Shown here piece by piece: positions 13,801-26,008 of a stretch of 64,000 bases of DNA. The stretch comes from Azolla caroliniana (lineage: Eukaryota > Plantae > Polypodiophyta). Where the stretch lies: positions 31,496,001 through 31,560,000 of the forward strand of contig JBHGNT010000001.1 of NCBI GenBank assembly GCA_043228905.1. Reading direction: 5' to 3'. Within the stretch, counting starts at the first letter, position 1, and every line of letters starts with the position of its first letter. The position numbers and the translations under genes were made by a program. The notes below the pieces were generated by a model that was not told where the DNA came from, did not search any database, and worked only from the letters and a program-made list of their open reading frames with translations.

Positions 13801-16355
13801 AATCAAGATTGACTTGGCACTAACACTTCTCATTTCTTTTTCTATACAGCTACTCGTAAAATGAGAATGTCTTTTATTTTTATTTTTTAGGTTCCAATAG
13901 TCAAATTTGACTTTCCATTACGATATCAGCTATCTACAATCTCATGCTTAGACGATGGCATCAAAGCTTCTATTAATTATCTCTCTATGATCAAGTCAAT
14001 AAGAGGGCACACGCAACACACATTGATACAAGATAAAGAGTGTTTGTCTAGTGGTAAGTTGTTAACACTACAAACACGACATCTTGGGTTCAAAACCTAA
14101 TTTTCTCACCCATGACCACCTGGTCTCCATTGGGCAACCTTACCAACTAAGCTACATCCATTGGGCTCTCTCTATCTCTCTCTTTGGGGTATGTCTCCAA
14201 TCATTTTATCATTGTCTAATTATTTGGACTCTAGTCATCACATTATCCATTTATTTATTTATTTACCTCACTCTTTGAATCCATTATCTTTAGGAGACAT
14301 AAATATACCCCACAAGCTTAAAGTAATATGTTAGCATTGAACTACTACTAACTTATTATGTTTTCTACATAATCAATCATTGGGAGGGATGCACTAACCA
14401 CACATTTTAATGAGTGCTTATATTATTGTTAATTATAGTAATTAACGTTATGTGTAGTATTAATTCGATAAATCTTTTGTAATTGATGTGATACATCAAT
14501 ATCGGTATTACTAATCATCCAAACACTAAGCTAAATGTGCACAAATATCTAGTTATTCTAATTAATGTAGTTATAATTTCATTTGATCCACTAAGTATAA
14601 TTTACAGCTCACATCATTGCCCTGGTATTTTCAATTAGGTGAGTCTGGTCACTCGAAAACCTAATTCAAGATTAAAGAAGCAAACAACTCACTTAATGGT
14701 TACAACTTACAGGTTGTGGATTGGCATTTTCCTTGAACTTAAAAAAAATATGAATTGAAGTTGCATGTGGGAACATCTAATTTCCAACCCGGTACTTAAG
14801 GTAATATTTCTAGAAATACAAATGGCATGCTAAACCCCATTAATAAGACCGATAATATCGAGGATTCCTCTTTTCGCAAACTATTCCTCAACAAAGTTTC
14901 TTTGTTTGTCTGGTATCTCTTGTTGCTATCTCTCCCAAACTAACTTGCTCTCCCCTTCCTAACTTACTCTCCCATTCTTTCATTTTTGTACTAGGGTAGT
15001 GAAGACCCTCGTTTCTATTTGATTTAAGATTCATATATCCTCGTTTCTATTTAATATAATATTTGTAAATGCTCTGAACGGGTGAATCTAGGGCTTGGAC
15101 GGCCCTGAACTCGTTCTGGGAATGCTAGACGATCAGGGCGTCCACTTTATTATATCTACATATAATAAAAACGGGAAATGTAGAAGTAGAAAGAAAGATA
15201 TATTAACGTCTTCTAAGACCAAAATTGGCCCACAAGACAATTGGTTTACAACAAAAAGGGCAAAAGAGAAGTAATAAAAATGAAAAAAAAAATAGCGTGG
15301 GGTGGGTAGGGTTCTAGGGGGTAGTGAATGAAGGAAAGAATGAATGATACATACATATACATATACATGTACATGTACATATATGATATACATGTACATA
15401 GGAGGGAGCGACCTTTTGAAACATTGGGAAATTATGAATGTGGGTATATATCAGTACATCACACGTGTGGGTCTCGTTAATGTTCAATTGGCTGGCCTCT
15501 CCCGCTAAAGTTGACGGCGTTGGCTTCGGGCGAGAGGCTGGCGAGGGGTCATTAAATCTAACGGTGCCGGTCGCCGTCTCCATTACTAATGATTTTAATT
15601 ATTAGTATTTGTTTTGCTATTTAATATCATTTATTATTTGTTTCCTTTTTTTTTATGGCATTGTATAAATATCATGTGTGCACATTCCCATCACTTCATT
15701 TCTATTTTTTTAAATTAGTTAATTATTTAATCTTTATTTATAAGGATAATAGTTACAAACACTTAACATAATCTCCAGCCAAAAAAATAGAATTCATTGA
15801 CAGATTCCATTGAAATTTCATATGCATAATCGTAATTATATACAAGTAAAATAAAAGGTTAGTAATTCTATTCTCTGTATAAATGTTTCCTTGATTAACT
15901 TTAGTGAACTTTTTTTTTTCCCGTGCTGTGCATTGGTTAAGGTCTATTAATGATAATGAATGTCTGATTCATTTTCATCATTAATGTGTAATATTGTGCC
16001 AGATAGAATTAGTGATATACAGTTGGTTAATGATGTTGATAGATGAACTTCTTCTCATTAAATAGCTTACACTGATGACCTCCCTCTCAACGGCCTCATT
16101 CTGAAACCACTATATTTCTGTCTTAAGAACTAGGTACCAACCATTAACTTTTATGTGTTGCTTCCTGATATTTTTAGACACTCATGCATTTGTTTATAAG
16201 ATTAATCAACACGGATTATATCGATGCTGATGCTTAATTGCCCAATTAAGATATATTTGAAATACATTGGCCTAAAGACTTACTAGATAATTAACCATAG
16301 CTCAAGAATGAACTATATTCTGACATGTATGTGTGTGTTGTTGTCATTAAATAAG

Positions 16356-16946
16356 GTTGCTAATTTGTGTGAGATGGGTAATGGGGTGAGATCTGATCCA
16401 CATTCGTCCAAGAACGAGTTACATGTGGTGTCCGCGAATGTCTCGGTCCAAGTGTTCAACAATGTGGACGTGTCAATTACGATGAACGTCCCAAAGAAGA
16501 GAGGCTTTTGGTCCGCCCTCATGCAGGTCTTACAACACCATGAAGTCGAGATCACCAATGCTGCACTCTACACCAACCAACATAGTGACTTCCATTCCAT
16601 CAATTGCAAGGTGTGACCAACCCACACTTTACAAAATGCATACATGCATGTGTTGGCAAACAAACAAGTGCACCAAGGCTAATCACATTATTGAGTGACA
16701 CTTATAATGACATTGTGATGAATGATGAACATCACCAGTAGTTTGATTTACTTTTTAGTACTCAATTGCATTCTTTATTTGTATGGCAATCAAATGATGT
16801 GTTTGTGGCCATTATATGTTTTAATTGTCTTTGATGATTGTCTTTGATAGTTGGATGAAGAGTCCGGCATACAAATCGAGGACATTGAGAAATTTCTCGA
16901 GGACCTTTGCTTATCAGAATTTAATATTAAGCCATATAGGCTCTAG
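16356..16946 (+). CDS. ACT-like domain (bHLH C-terminal type), two exons; no upstream bHLH exons found
   Basis: Exons 16356(ATG 16374)-16610 and 16851-16946 join in phase 0: ...NVSVQVFNNVDVSITMNVPKKRGFWSALMQVLQHHEVEITNAALYTNQHSDFHSINCK|LDEESGIQIEDIEKFLEDLCLSEFNIKPYRL*. Confidence 0.7.
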
Positions 16947-18554
16947 TAAATCAATATACCCCATATTGATTATTGCAATTCATGCCAATATATTGAATCT
17001 CAATTAGAGACTTATGAGATTTTGTATAATTTATTCAATTGAAGCCAACTTTTTTGTAATATAGAAGTTTTTCATCATGGAACCTTAATTTGAAGTTTTT
17101 ATTTAAGATTCTTCCTTAATGATATTGTGATGTATCTTTTATGTGCATTTCACAATATGTACATATAATAGAAATCATTACACGTGCTTGTCATTAATGA
17201 TATCCTTGTTATTCACTCAATTGTGTCAACCCCACTCATTCAAATTTTGAGTTCACAACCTTTCATTCTCTACACAGAGACAATCATCCCATCATGCAAT
17301 GTAGGTCCAATGGTGAATCTACAAAAACAATTTGCTGAAATCCTAATTAATCTCTCCTTTATCGTGTAAAAAGGAAATGCTTTCACATTGTACTATTTAT
17401 CTAAATATTTGACACAACATACGATGATAGTGGCTTCAAGCTCAATTTCAACAATCACTTCCATATGTATGACACTCACATAACTTCCCTATTTCCAAGA
17501 ACTAGTGTCTTTTTACTACATATGTATTTACATCACACACGATGCATAACCATCACATTAAGGTAGGCATGATCCCTAGAATGCAATTGAACCTAGTGGA
17601 TTCCCTCTCCAACACAATCACCTTCGGATTGCATCTATATCAATATGCATGGGCAAACACACATGCTCGACATTCCTAGGAGGGGGGATGACTTTCCTAC
17701 TTCTAAGTTATAACAATTTTCCTTCTTTGTAGGTATTACAATAGCCTCATGCATGTTCACTTACATAGAATGAGCACATTGACATGAGTACTTTAGATTT
17801 CCCTTGGGGGCTTCATGGTCAATACTCTTGACTCCACGTTGCTTCATCAATATTGGCTAACTTGATTTTATCCAAATATACAAACATCAATAAACTTAAG
17901 TTGTTGTGCAAGAATTGACTTCTAAATTTGGATTTAATTGTCAATATTGCTTACAACCATTCCCTATTACATGTATCCAAAAGTGTTTATATTCCTTAGA
18001 TGTTTTACAATATTTATTCAGTCTTAAAAATACATATCCCTATAGTATCATTAAGCAATTATAACCAGGTAAGTTTTATAGCCACTCTAGTGCAACACTC
18101 ATATTATGCATATAGTTTACAACATCCCCTTGAGTAAGTGTGCATGCATTTGTTAACAAAATTCCAAAGTTTTGCTCGAAATGTCCATTGGTTGTTTCCC
18201 TTATCATGTGCATGTCACATACAAAAACTTTTAAAGGTTGGACGAGTGAATAAGCCAATAGGGTCATGTTGATGACACTTAACTTGTTGAGGGAAGCCAT
18301 CATTCCAACGTCCAATTTGAATAATAGGTTTAGGATTTTGGGAGAGGTGTACCAAATAGTTTTAGGAATAAATCTCAATTGATGCAACGCTACCTAAATA
18401 CAACTTTAGAACCAATCGAATTAGGTGCAAACTCAGTTATTATGTTTTCTTGATTCAATCGAACCGAGAAAATAGATAATGTGGTTTGTTGCTTTTCCAT
18501 ATTCCTTCACCAACCATAAATAAAGAGTGTTTCAATACCTATAAAGAAGACCCT

Positions 18555-18559
18555 AAAAA
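18555..18559 (-). terminator. Pol III oligo-T terminator of tRNA-Glu
   Basis: TTTTT on the minus strand 5 nt after the discriminator base. Confidence 0.75.
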
Positions 18560-18564
18560 CTTTC

Positions 18565-18638
18565 TTCCATTGCCGGGATTTGAACCCGGGTCGCCTGGGT
18601 GAAAGCCAGGTATCCTAACCGGACTAGACGACAATGGA
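18565..18638 (-). tRNA. trnE: tRNA-Glu(UUC), cytosolic type
   Basis: TCCATTG acceptor stem paired with CAATGGA, anticodon arm CCTGG-CTTTCAC-CCAGG, T arm CCGGG-TTCAAAT-CCCGG, no encoded CCA. Confidence 0.97.
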
Positions 18639-20488
18639 ATCGATACAAAATCTGATCTTTTAAATTTAAAACTTATGAAAGTACTGTTTCCTTATATCAC
18701 TATGCTAAAAGCATCCTTACTACATGTACTGGTAAAAACTCTCCCACACCACATTTCCCGCTAGCAGAAAACTTGATCTTCTACCGTTACCATTAGAGTC
18801 CTAGACGGTTCAATGCTTTTTTAGTAAAGTGTTTATTGCACCTATATGAATGACTTCACTTCCCAAGGAAACCTTGTTGGCCAATGGTAAAGACATAGGC
18901 AAGATAAGACATCCTACCAAATTGTAGTGGTACCTTGCCGAGATAGTGATTGAAGAAGAACCAATAGAAGTGAATATATTAACCTAAGCGATGCAACCTT
19001 CTCCCGATCAAGAGCTTGATTGAGCGTTTTAGCCCACCCATCTTCTTGGATATCTAATCAAGTAAGAATAAGAACCTATTAATGACGATGTGTGTACCAT
19101 GTCCCTGTTGTTGTCATCTTCATATGCTTTCTATTATATTGGACTTGCAAGATTTGTTAAATAAAGAGTCTCACCACCTTGAAAATTCAAGCAATATTAT
19201 ATAAAAGAGCAAATTTGATTCATACAAAAGGCATAAGAATATAATTGGCAAAATTCCAAGAAAAATTAGGCATCCCAATGATGCAATCAAATTTTTACAA
19301 CGCAAGTAAATGTTTGCTTTGGAAAATATGCAATCCGGTGTTGACAATGCAAATTCAAGTTTATATATAAATTATCTCGGAAAAGATGCAATCCAGTGTC
19401 GACAATGCAAAATCAAGTTTTTTTAAGTTTGCTTTGGAAAAATGTTTGTGTTTGGAAGACGGGCGAGATGAGAGGTGCATTGAAAATATTTTTGAATGCT
19501 AGGATCTCATGCCCAATGTAATTTGTAACAATCCGTGGATGTTTACTTGTCCTCTACCAACTTTAGGTATTTTGGGCTTCCAAATTGAGGAAAAATGTCG
19601 TGGGACATAAGGAAAGGCATGACAATTGGATTTAACATTCTCAATCCGTATCACCCCTGACACAATGTTATTCTTCAAGTGAGATATTGCAAGTTCCATT
19701 ATGATCAAGAGGCTTGGGCAGTTTGAGAGTGTCATCCTCTCTAGCTCGAAGAATTTGTTCGTCCCAACAACACTTCCTCTTGTTCGAAGTCCGTATTTAC
19801 ACAAGTATTGTTTGTGCAAATGACCTATGGACCTCTAATCCATTTGTTTATGACACAATTCAGTGAATAAAACCTAATCCCACAGTGTGGAATGATCTCA
19901 CACTTACTTTAGTGAATGATAAGGATTTGGTTGGATGTAGCAAAGAAGTAATATGTAAGGTTAGGATTAGGTGCAAAGAGCAACAAGAGAGACAACAAAA
20001 AAGGAAAACAGAGAGATCCTTCCGTCGAGAAAACATATACACACATAGAAGAGTTTAGATTACTGGGTTTGCATGGATTTTCCTGAAACTTCAAAGTACT
20101 CTACAAGATCCTTACTTTGTACTAGACAAGATGTAAAAATGTGTCCTCGAGCTTCAACATAAATACCAGTGATTTTGATTGGCCATTTTCTTTGTGTACA
20201 TAAGCTAGAAAACTAAATGTGGAGGTTGAAGATTAGGTTGAGAGAATATTTAAATGTTTGTATACAGAAGATGGACTGGTTTATACCTGTTAAAGCTTTT
20301 AAGATCTGCATGAAATGCACAGTGTTTTTTTTTTGTGTGTCTAAAAATGCATCCAAATATGATGTGAAAACTTTCCCATAATCACATAGTCCTCATAGCT
20401 TTCTTGCTGTTGGAGATTTTGTGAATTGAGAGAGAGAGAGAGAGGGAGGGAGGGAGGGAGGGAGAGATTATTTGCCAGAAAAAATACA

Positions 20489-20728
20489 ATGTGCAGGCTT
20501 TGCTTTGCCTTGTTCACCACTTTTATCATCTTCCTTGTTTCTCTGCATTTTGTACAGCGTTCTAACAGCCTAAGTATCGGTTATAATGTCATCAATGCTG
20601 ACTATGTTCCTTGTTCTTCAGCCGGAATCTCCTACTACAATTGCCATCTTTCTGGCATCGCGAATCCGTACACTCGTGGATGCATCAAGATCACTGGATG
20701 TGCCCGAGACACCGCAATGCAAGGTTAG
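20489..20728 (+). CDS. RALF: RALF-like secreted cysteine-rich peptide, 79 aa, intronless
   Basis: Signal-peptide-like MCRLCFALFTTFIIFLVSLHF, then SIGYNVINADYVPCSSAGISYYNC...ANPYTRGCIKITGCAR with the four RALF cysteines. Confidence 0.92.
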   Translation: MCRLCFALFTTFIIFLVSLHFVQRSNSLSIGYNVINADYVPCSSAGISYYNCHLSGIANPYTRGCIKITGCARDTAMQG

Positions 20729-20739
20729 CTTTTGTAATT

Positions 20740-20847
20740 AAACCTATAATGGGAGCAAGAGTAAGGTCAAAGATTGTATAGATATGGATATGTGTGTATG
20801 GAAACCTATAATGGGGGCAAGAGGAAGGTCAAGATTGTATAGACATG
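20740..20847. repeat. ~62-bp duplication just after the RALF stop codon
   Basis: aaacctataatggg(a/g)gcaagag(t/g)aaggtcaa(a)gattgtataga occurs twice. Confidence 0.8.
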
Positions 20848-23339
20848 CATATGCATGTGTATATGGATATGGACATTTGTTTATGGATGTGTTTATTCAT
20901 GTGTATGCCTATATTTATGTCTATGTATGTATATGTTTATACATGTGCTCTTTGTCACAATTGTGGCTCCTAATCATATTAAGACCAAGCTTAAGCACAT
21001 ACTTATGCATTGATTATTTTTTTGTGTGAGGCAATGAAGATTAATTTACAATAAATATGAAATATAATTTACAGGACTGACAGCTTAGTTTGCTGACTTT
21101 GTCTAATTAATAGAAGTTTAAATTGACAACTGGCAGCTTTGATTAAGAGCTAGATTAGCTGAGATTATTCAGTTGATTAAGGGAAATTACATATGCTTTA
21201 AATACATACTTGGCCTAATAGTTTTCTTAATCTTGATGTCCATGTGATTAGAAAGCCTAAGCTATGAAGAAACTTATCATAGGTGATTTTTTCCCAATAG
21301 TATTTATTATATCTCGTATGCATTATCATCGTAAACATGGTCTCAGGACTTTGTGTTTTCGTTCTAGAATTCTCGATCCGGACTCCTCTTGTTGTTCTAT
21401 TTTTGCAGGATAGCTTTAAAGCTCAAATGCATTTTGGCATTATTGGATAAATCAACATCAAGGAGGGTGAATTTTGGAAACAGAGGAATCATCATCACTA
21501 ATGGGCATTGCGTACATTTGATCATAATGTTTTTCTTACTTTTCTATCTTTGAGAGGGCCTCCATTTCTGTGTGACACCAAGAGAGGACAAATATATTGA
21601 ATTGAAATTGAATGTCTATTGGTCCATACATGGAAAAAATCTATTATAATATGAAATCTCTTTATTCTTCAAGATCCAAAAAGTGTCTGCAAATTATGGA
21701 GTGAGAATTTTGAATTGAGTTTCGCTTTAGTTGCACCAAGTGACCATTGTTATCCTATTATCCCTCCTCAATGTAGTAATTTCGAAGCTTTGAGTAAATT
21801 AGTAGACGTGTTAAGCGAGTATTTGGAGCCATTTGGTTGGACAATCAAGTGTTTGTTCCTATTATTGGTTTCATTTCATTACATCACATGAGCTGAGTTT
21901 TAAGGTACAAATTGAGCTTCATACTTACATGTGTCATAAGTACCTTGCCTTTGCTCTCTTGGATTCAAGAACCAACTCTTGTTTCATGGATTGAGGCTTC
22001 TTAGTAATCTTTTTTATTTAGATTAGAATTGACAATAATTTTTTGTTCAAGAAATTAAAATAGTGAAAGAGAAAGTGCAAGACATATCTCCTCCAAGTGA
22101 AGTTCTCACTAGTGTTCTAACTACGCACAAAGTCAAAACATTCTCTTCCTTCTCTTTTAAACTTGATTTGGCTTGGAGTCTGAATCTCTCCCCTCTTATT
22201 GAACACCTTGACAATAACTTCTCAAACATGGATCCATACTTCTTCTGCCATTGAACCAATGTTTGGGACCAATGTTTTCCTTACTGATTTACTTTCAAGC
22301 TCAAATTATGGTATGCTTCCATGAAAATATGCCACAAATGTATAGGGTTTGATATGATAGATATATTCATACACGTACTTTTATTATAGCAAAGTATACA
22401 TACATACCAACTTTCAAGTTCGAAAACTCAATCTACACTTTAAAGGATGAAAACGCCTTTTATCAACACATTGTGTCAAACACATGTATATGTGGACAAG
22501 TGTTTGCAACAACCAAATGCTTGTGCACACAAATATTCACATTTTCATATGTAAATACACATAGTATGTATAGCATATCTATTTGAATGTGAATGAATTT
22601 ACATTGTATGCATGCACACATGCAAATAAGTAAACTTCCTTTCAAACTACTCATTGCTTTTATGTGTATGTCCATATGTGAGAACGCATCAATACATGGG
22701 CTTACAAAGATTTGTTCCACCACATCCATGGATAGAATATGAATTCCACTATTTGACACTATTGGTGTTGTCTACATCTCATATATGGACGTGTTTTACG
22801 ACTTGAAAGTGAAATTTGATTTTGAAGACATACTTCAAACATGTTAGATTAGTTGATTGTTTGGTCTCATATGTTCAAGAATCCAATTAACCAATCTTGT
22901 TTGTCATTAATAATCTTGCCCAAAATGTAGTTTTCTTTTAATGCACGGGGATTCAAGTTGGTTGAACACTCGCAATAATAGATGAACCAATTGACATAGT
23001 GGAATACACACGATTGCAGACGTCAATATACAAAATGCAATTAGAAAATATATGAGACAATTTAACAATAAGAGCGAAGCGGATATAGAGTTCCATAAAA
23101 GGCCACCGTTAAGAAGAAGATGAAACTCAATTATGAAAATATTCTACAAGGGTAATGAAGCTTGATATGCCCGTTGAGGGAGTAAAGTTATGATGGAAGA
23201 TCGAGAATTTTCATAGTGACTAACTAGTGTGTGTGTGTGTGTGTGTAGACTTAGGCACAAATACAAAGTTAATGGTGACTAGTGTGTAATATGTATAGTT
23301 CACTACATGAGAAATAAGAAGTAAGAAGTAAGAAGTAAG

Positions 23340-23453
23340 AAATTCTCAGGCTCTTCGTCAATTTCCTGCAAACCCTAACCTTGACATGTTTTTCTTGACG
23401 ATGTGATGCAGCCGAACTATGACGATGTTCCTAAGGAATAGCTGATCCAACAG
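23340..23453 (+). promoter_or_regulatory. Candidate non-coding first exon of the 26009-27295 gene, with a telo-box and a short uORF
   Basis: aaaccctaa near 23370, uORF MQPNYDDVPKE* at 23406-23441, donor cag|gtgcc at 23454; the ATG at 26009 sits 1 nt after an acceptor ag. Confidence 0.35.
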
Positions 23454-25054
23454 GTGCCCGCTGTTAATCCTTGCATCCTTTGTTATGAATGCATTCTGTA
23501 CAATAAATCAATCTATGTATTACTCGCTTAGAGGATTGTTCATGATCTCCCAATTGTAGATATGAAGCAGATTAGAGGTCCCTGAACCTAAGATATAGGT
23601 AGTGTATTGTTTTCACTGGCTCAAAGTACAGAAAGGATGGGAAATAGCAGAATCGTATTATTATGTATTTTCACGGAAGTTGCAATTTATTAAAACTACG
23701 AATTGCGAATTTGTATAATGTATATTTACTGACAAAAAACGAAAAACTTGGTATTTTTACTTAGTAAAACTATGAGAACCTTGACATTTTGAAATCAAAT
23801 TGTTTTTTAGATTCTTACTTAAAGTTGGTAAAAACTCATATGTCTTTTGCAACATAAACATAGATTTTGGGGAAACTTGTATATGTTGAAACTGAGAGTT
23901 TGTCAATATTAAAACATTCCGGTGAAGATCCGGACTATCATGAGCCGTGAAAGTCATTAAGTCCATTCAATCATCAGTTTGACAGTAATGATCAATATAT
24001 AGACTGTCTTAACTGTAGACCTTATGGAATCGTTATATTTTATAAGTTACATTCAATTTCAAAGTTCAAAGGTATTTTAAAAATTTGCAATCATAAAAAC
24101 TCATTTTCCCGCCAAGAACATTAACATGGATTGTGGAACCATTTTATGTTTCAAGATTCTGAACATTGGCACAAGATCATCTTATACTATATGCTGTGGT
24201 GGTGGATAAAGTAGATGACGTGTTAGTGTGCCCACAAAGTTAAACTATGGTAATGTTTTGGAACCAGATTTCGGTGAAATCCTCTTTCCTTGTTTTTCTC
24301 CGGAGAGAAATGCATTACCAAACTCCTCTTTGTCTTTGTAACTACATATATAGTCACACCTTGCAGTAAATTTCTTATGTTGGTACATTCTGTCATCATG
24401 GGGTGTTGCCTTTTGTTATTTTATAGAAAACATTTTAGCTGTTTTATTTTAGTTTTAATATTTTACTTGCTCCGCGGGAACTCTTGACATCTGGCAAGAT
24501 TCATTTCATGACTGTGAATTGATGGGATATCAATGGTCCCTAGACCAGAGGAGGCAAGGCCAACATACCCTGGTATTGTCACTTGGTTTGTCCAGTTGGT
24601 AGTGTGTTCTGATGCCTGGTGATGTTTCTGTGTCCAATTGTAGAGTTGCAGGCTAAGATTTGTTTTTGATGAAGTGCCATTTGAGGAAGCATGAGCAAGA
24701 CTCAGCCCACCTTATTCAATCACATATGTTCTTGATGTGAATCTCAAAATTGATCTGTAGAGCTAATGGAAAATCATTTTAGAATGCTGAAATTGGCTGT
24801 TCCCATAGCTGATTTACTGTATTTTCTACAATGCTGAGTGGAGAGTACGCTACAAGCACACATGCAAGGTTTATTTGCTGGCATAGGCTTATACTGCTAG
24901 TTATGTTTTCTAGATCTTTGGGCTCTATTGTATTTCATGATCTTCTATTAATTATCAATAAAGAAATACGAGAAGGGGCACCAGTCTTTGAGGTCAACAT
25001 TGTGTCAATTTCCTTGTTCAGGAACTGTCTAACTTTGTGGATGTGAATAGCTAT

Positions 25055-25444
25055 GGTTGAAACCAAACCGCACCATTTAATCACAATTTTGAACCTAACC
25101 ATTTAAGTCAAATCAATTAAAAAATTAAATAAATAAAAATATAATAAACTAAAAAACCATTAAGTTAAATTAATTAAATCAATAAGAAAACATTAGCTAA
25201 ACCTTTAAATCAATACACTATTAAAGAAATAAAAAACGTTAACCAAAATCCAATAAATCATTAAGCTGAACCACTTAAACCTATAAACCGATAAATCTGA
25301 GTTTTAGAACCAACCGAACTAAAACCAAACTGTTTAATATTATTTGAACCAAATCAAACCATTTAATTATATTGCAACCAATAAACCATAAACCATGGCT
25401 TAACGGTTCGGTTCAGTTTGAGCCGAAACCGGGCCCGTTGCTAG
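25055..25444 (+). mobile_element. Non-autonomous DNA element relic (Helitron- or hAT-like), rich in aacc motifs
   Basis: Many (a)aacca/aaccg motifs, a 9-bp hairpin ttcggttca-gtt-tgagccgaa at 25407-25427, then ctag at 25441-25444. Confidence 0.4.
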
Positions 25445-26008
25445 ATGTCAAATCAAGCCTTAATGAATTTGCAAGGTTTTAGCTAAATTGGTGGTTGGTC
25501 TTTTATGGCTTGTGGAACTTCTACAGGCTGGTTTCACGTTTACCTTGTCATGGTACTTTATTACTTGGATAACCATAAAATCCTTGAGTTAATACGTCTG
25601 GACCTCTGTAAGGGATGCATTTATAGAATAAAAAGCTGATGCAGGTTTCCCTTGTTTTGTAGTGAATCGTGAATCGCATGGCCTTTGTGCCTGCAATGCA
25701 TAATCAAATTTCTGTAATTTAAACTTTCAATGATAGGATAGAAGCCTACAATAGTGGTGATTTGATGAAAAATTAGGATTCAGCTTTATGAGGAGAAACT
25801 CATTTTACCAGATTTGGAATGCTTTTTTTCCATGTTTTAGACAGTAAAAATACTCCTTGATTGGCAAAGTTTACAATCTAAGAATGCAATCTGGGGATGA
25901 TCCTCTTGTAAAGAAGGGGTAGATGTGTACTTTAAAAAAATCAAGAGGCTATTTCCTGGAATATAATAACCTGAACACTTGCTTAATCACGTTTGAGACT
26001 TGGTCAGG

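Noticed and set aside
14045-14100. tRNA/SINE-like A and B boxes (tctagtggtaag...gggttcaaaacc)
   Set aside because: No cloverleaf, tail or TSD; at most a decayed SINE head.
15290-15480. Telomerase RNA or snRNA gene (USE-like acccaca motifs, ctagaaccct)
   Set aside because: USE-to-TATA spacing is wrong, the template is imperfect and no snRNA sequence is recognisable.
19499-20100. 106-aa ORF and LTR-like sequence
   Set aside because: No recognisable domain, paired LTR or TSD; probably an old retroelement relic but not supportable.
23194-23211. 18-nt match to TRAF exon 2 (tggaagatcgagaatttt)
   Set aside because: Similarity does not extend on either side and is compatible with chance in AT-rich DNA.
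23395-23450. Possible C/D box snoRNA (gtgatgc...ctga)
   Set aside because: The C box is non-consensus, the span is too short, and I recognise no rRNA complement; a 5'UTR exon explains it better.
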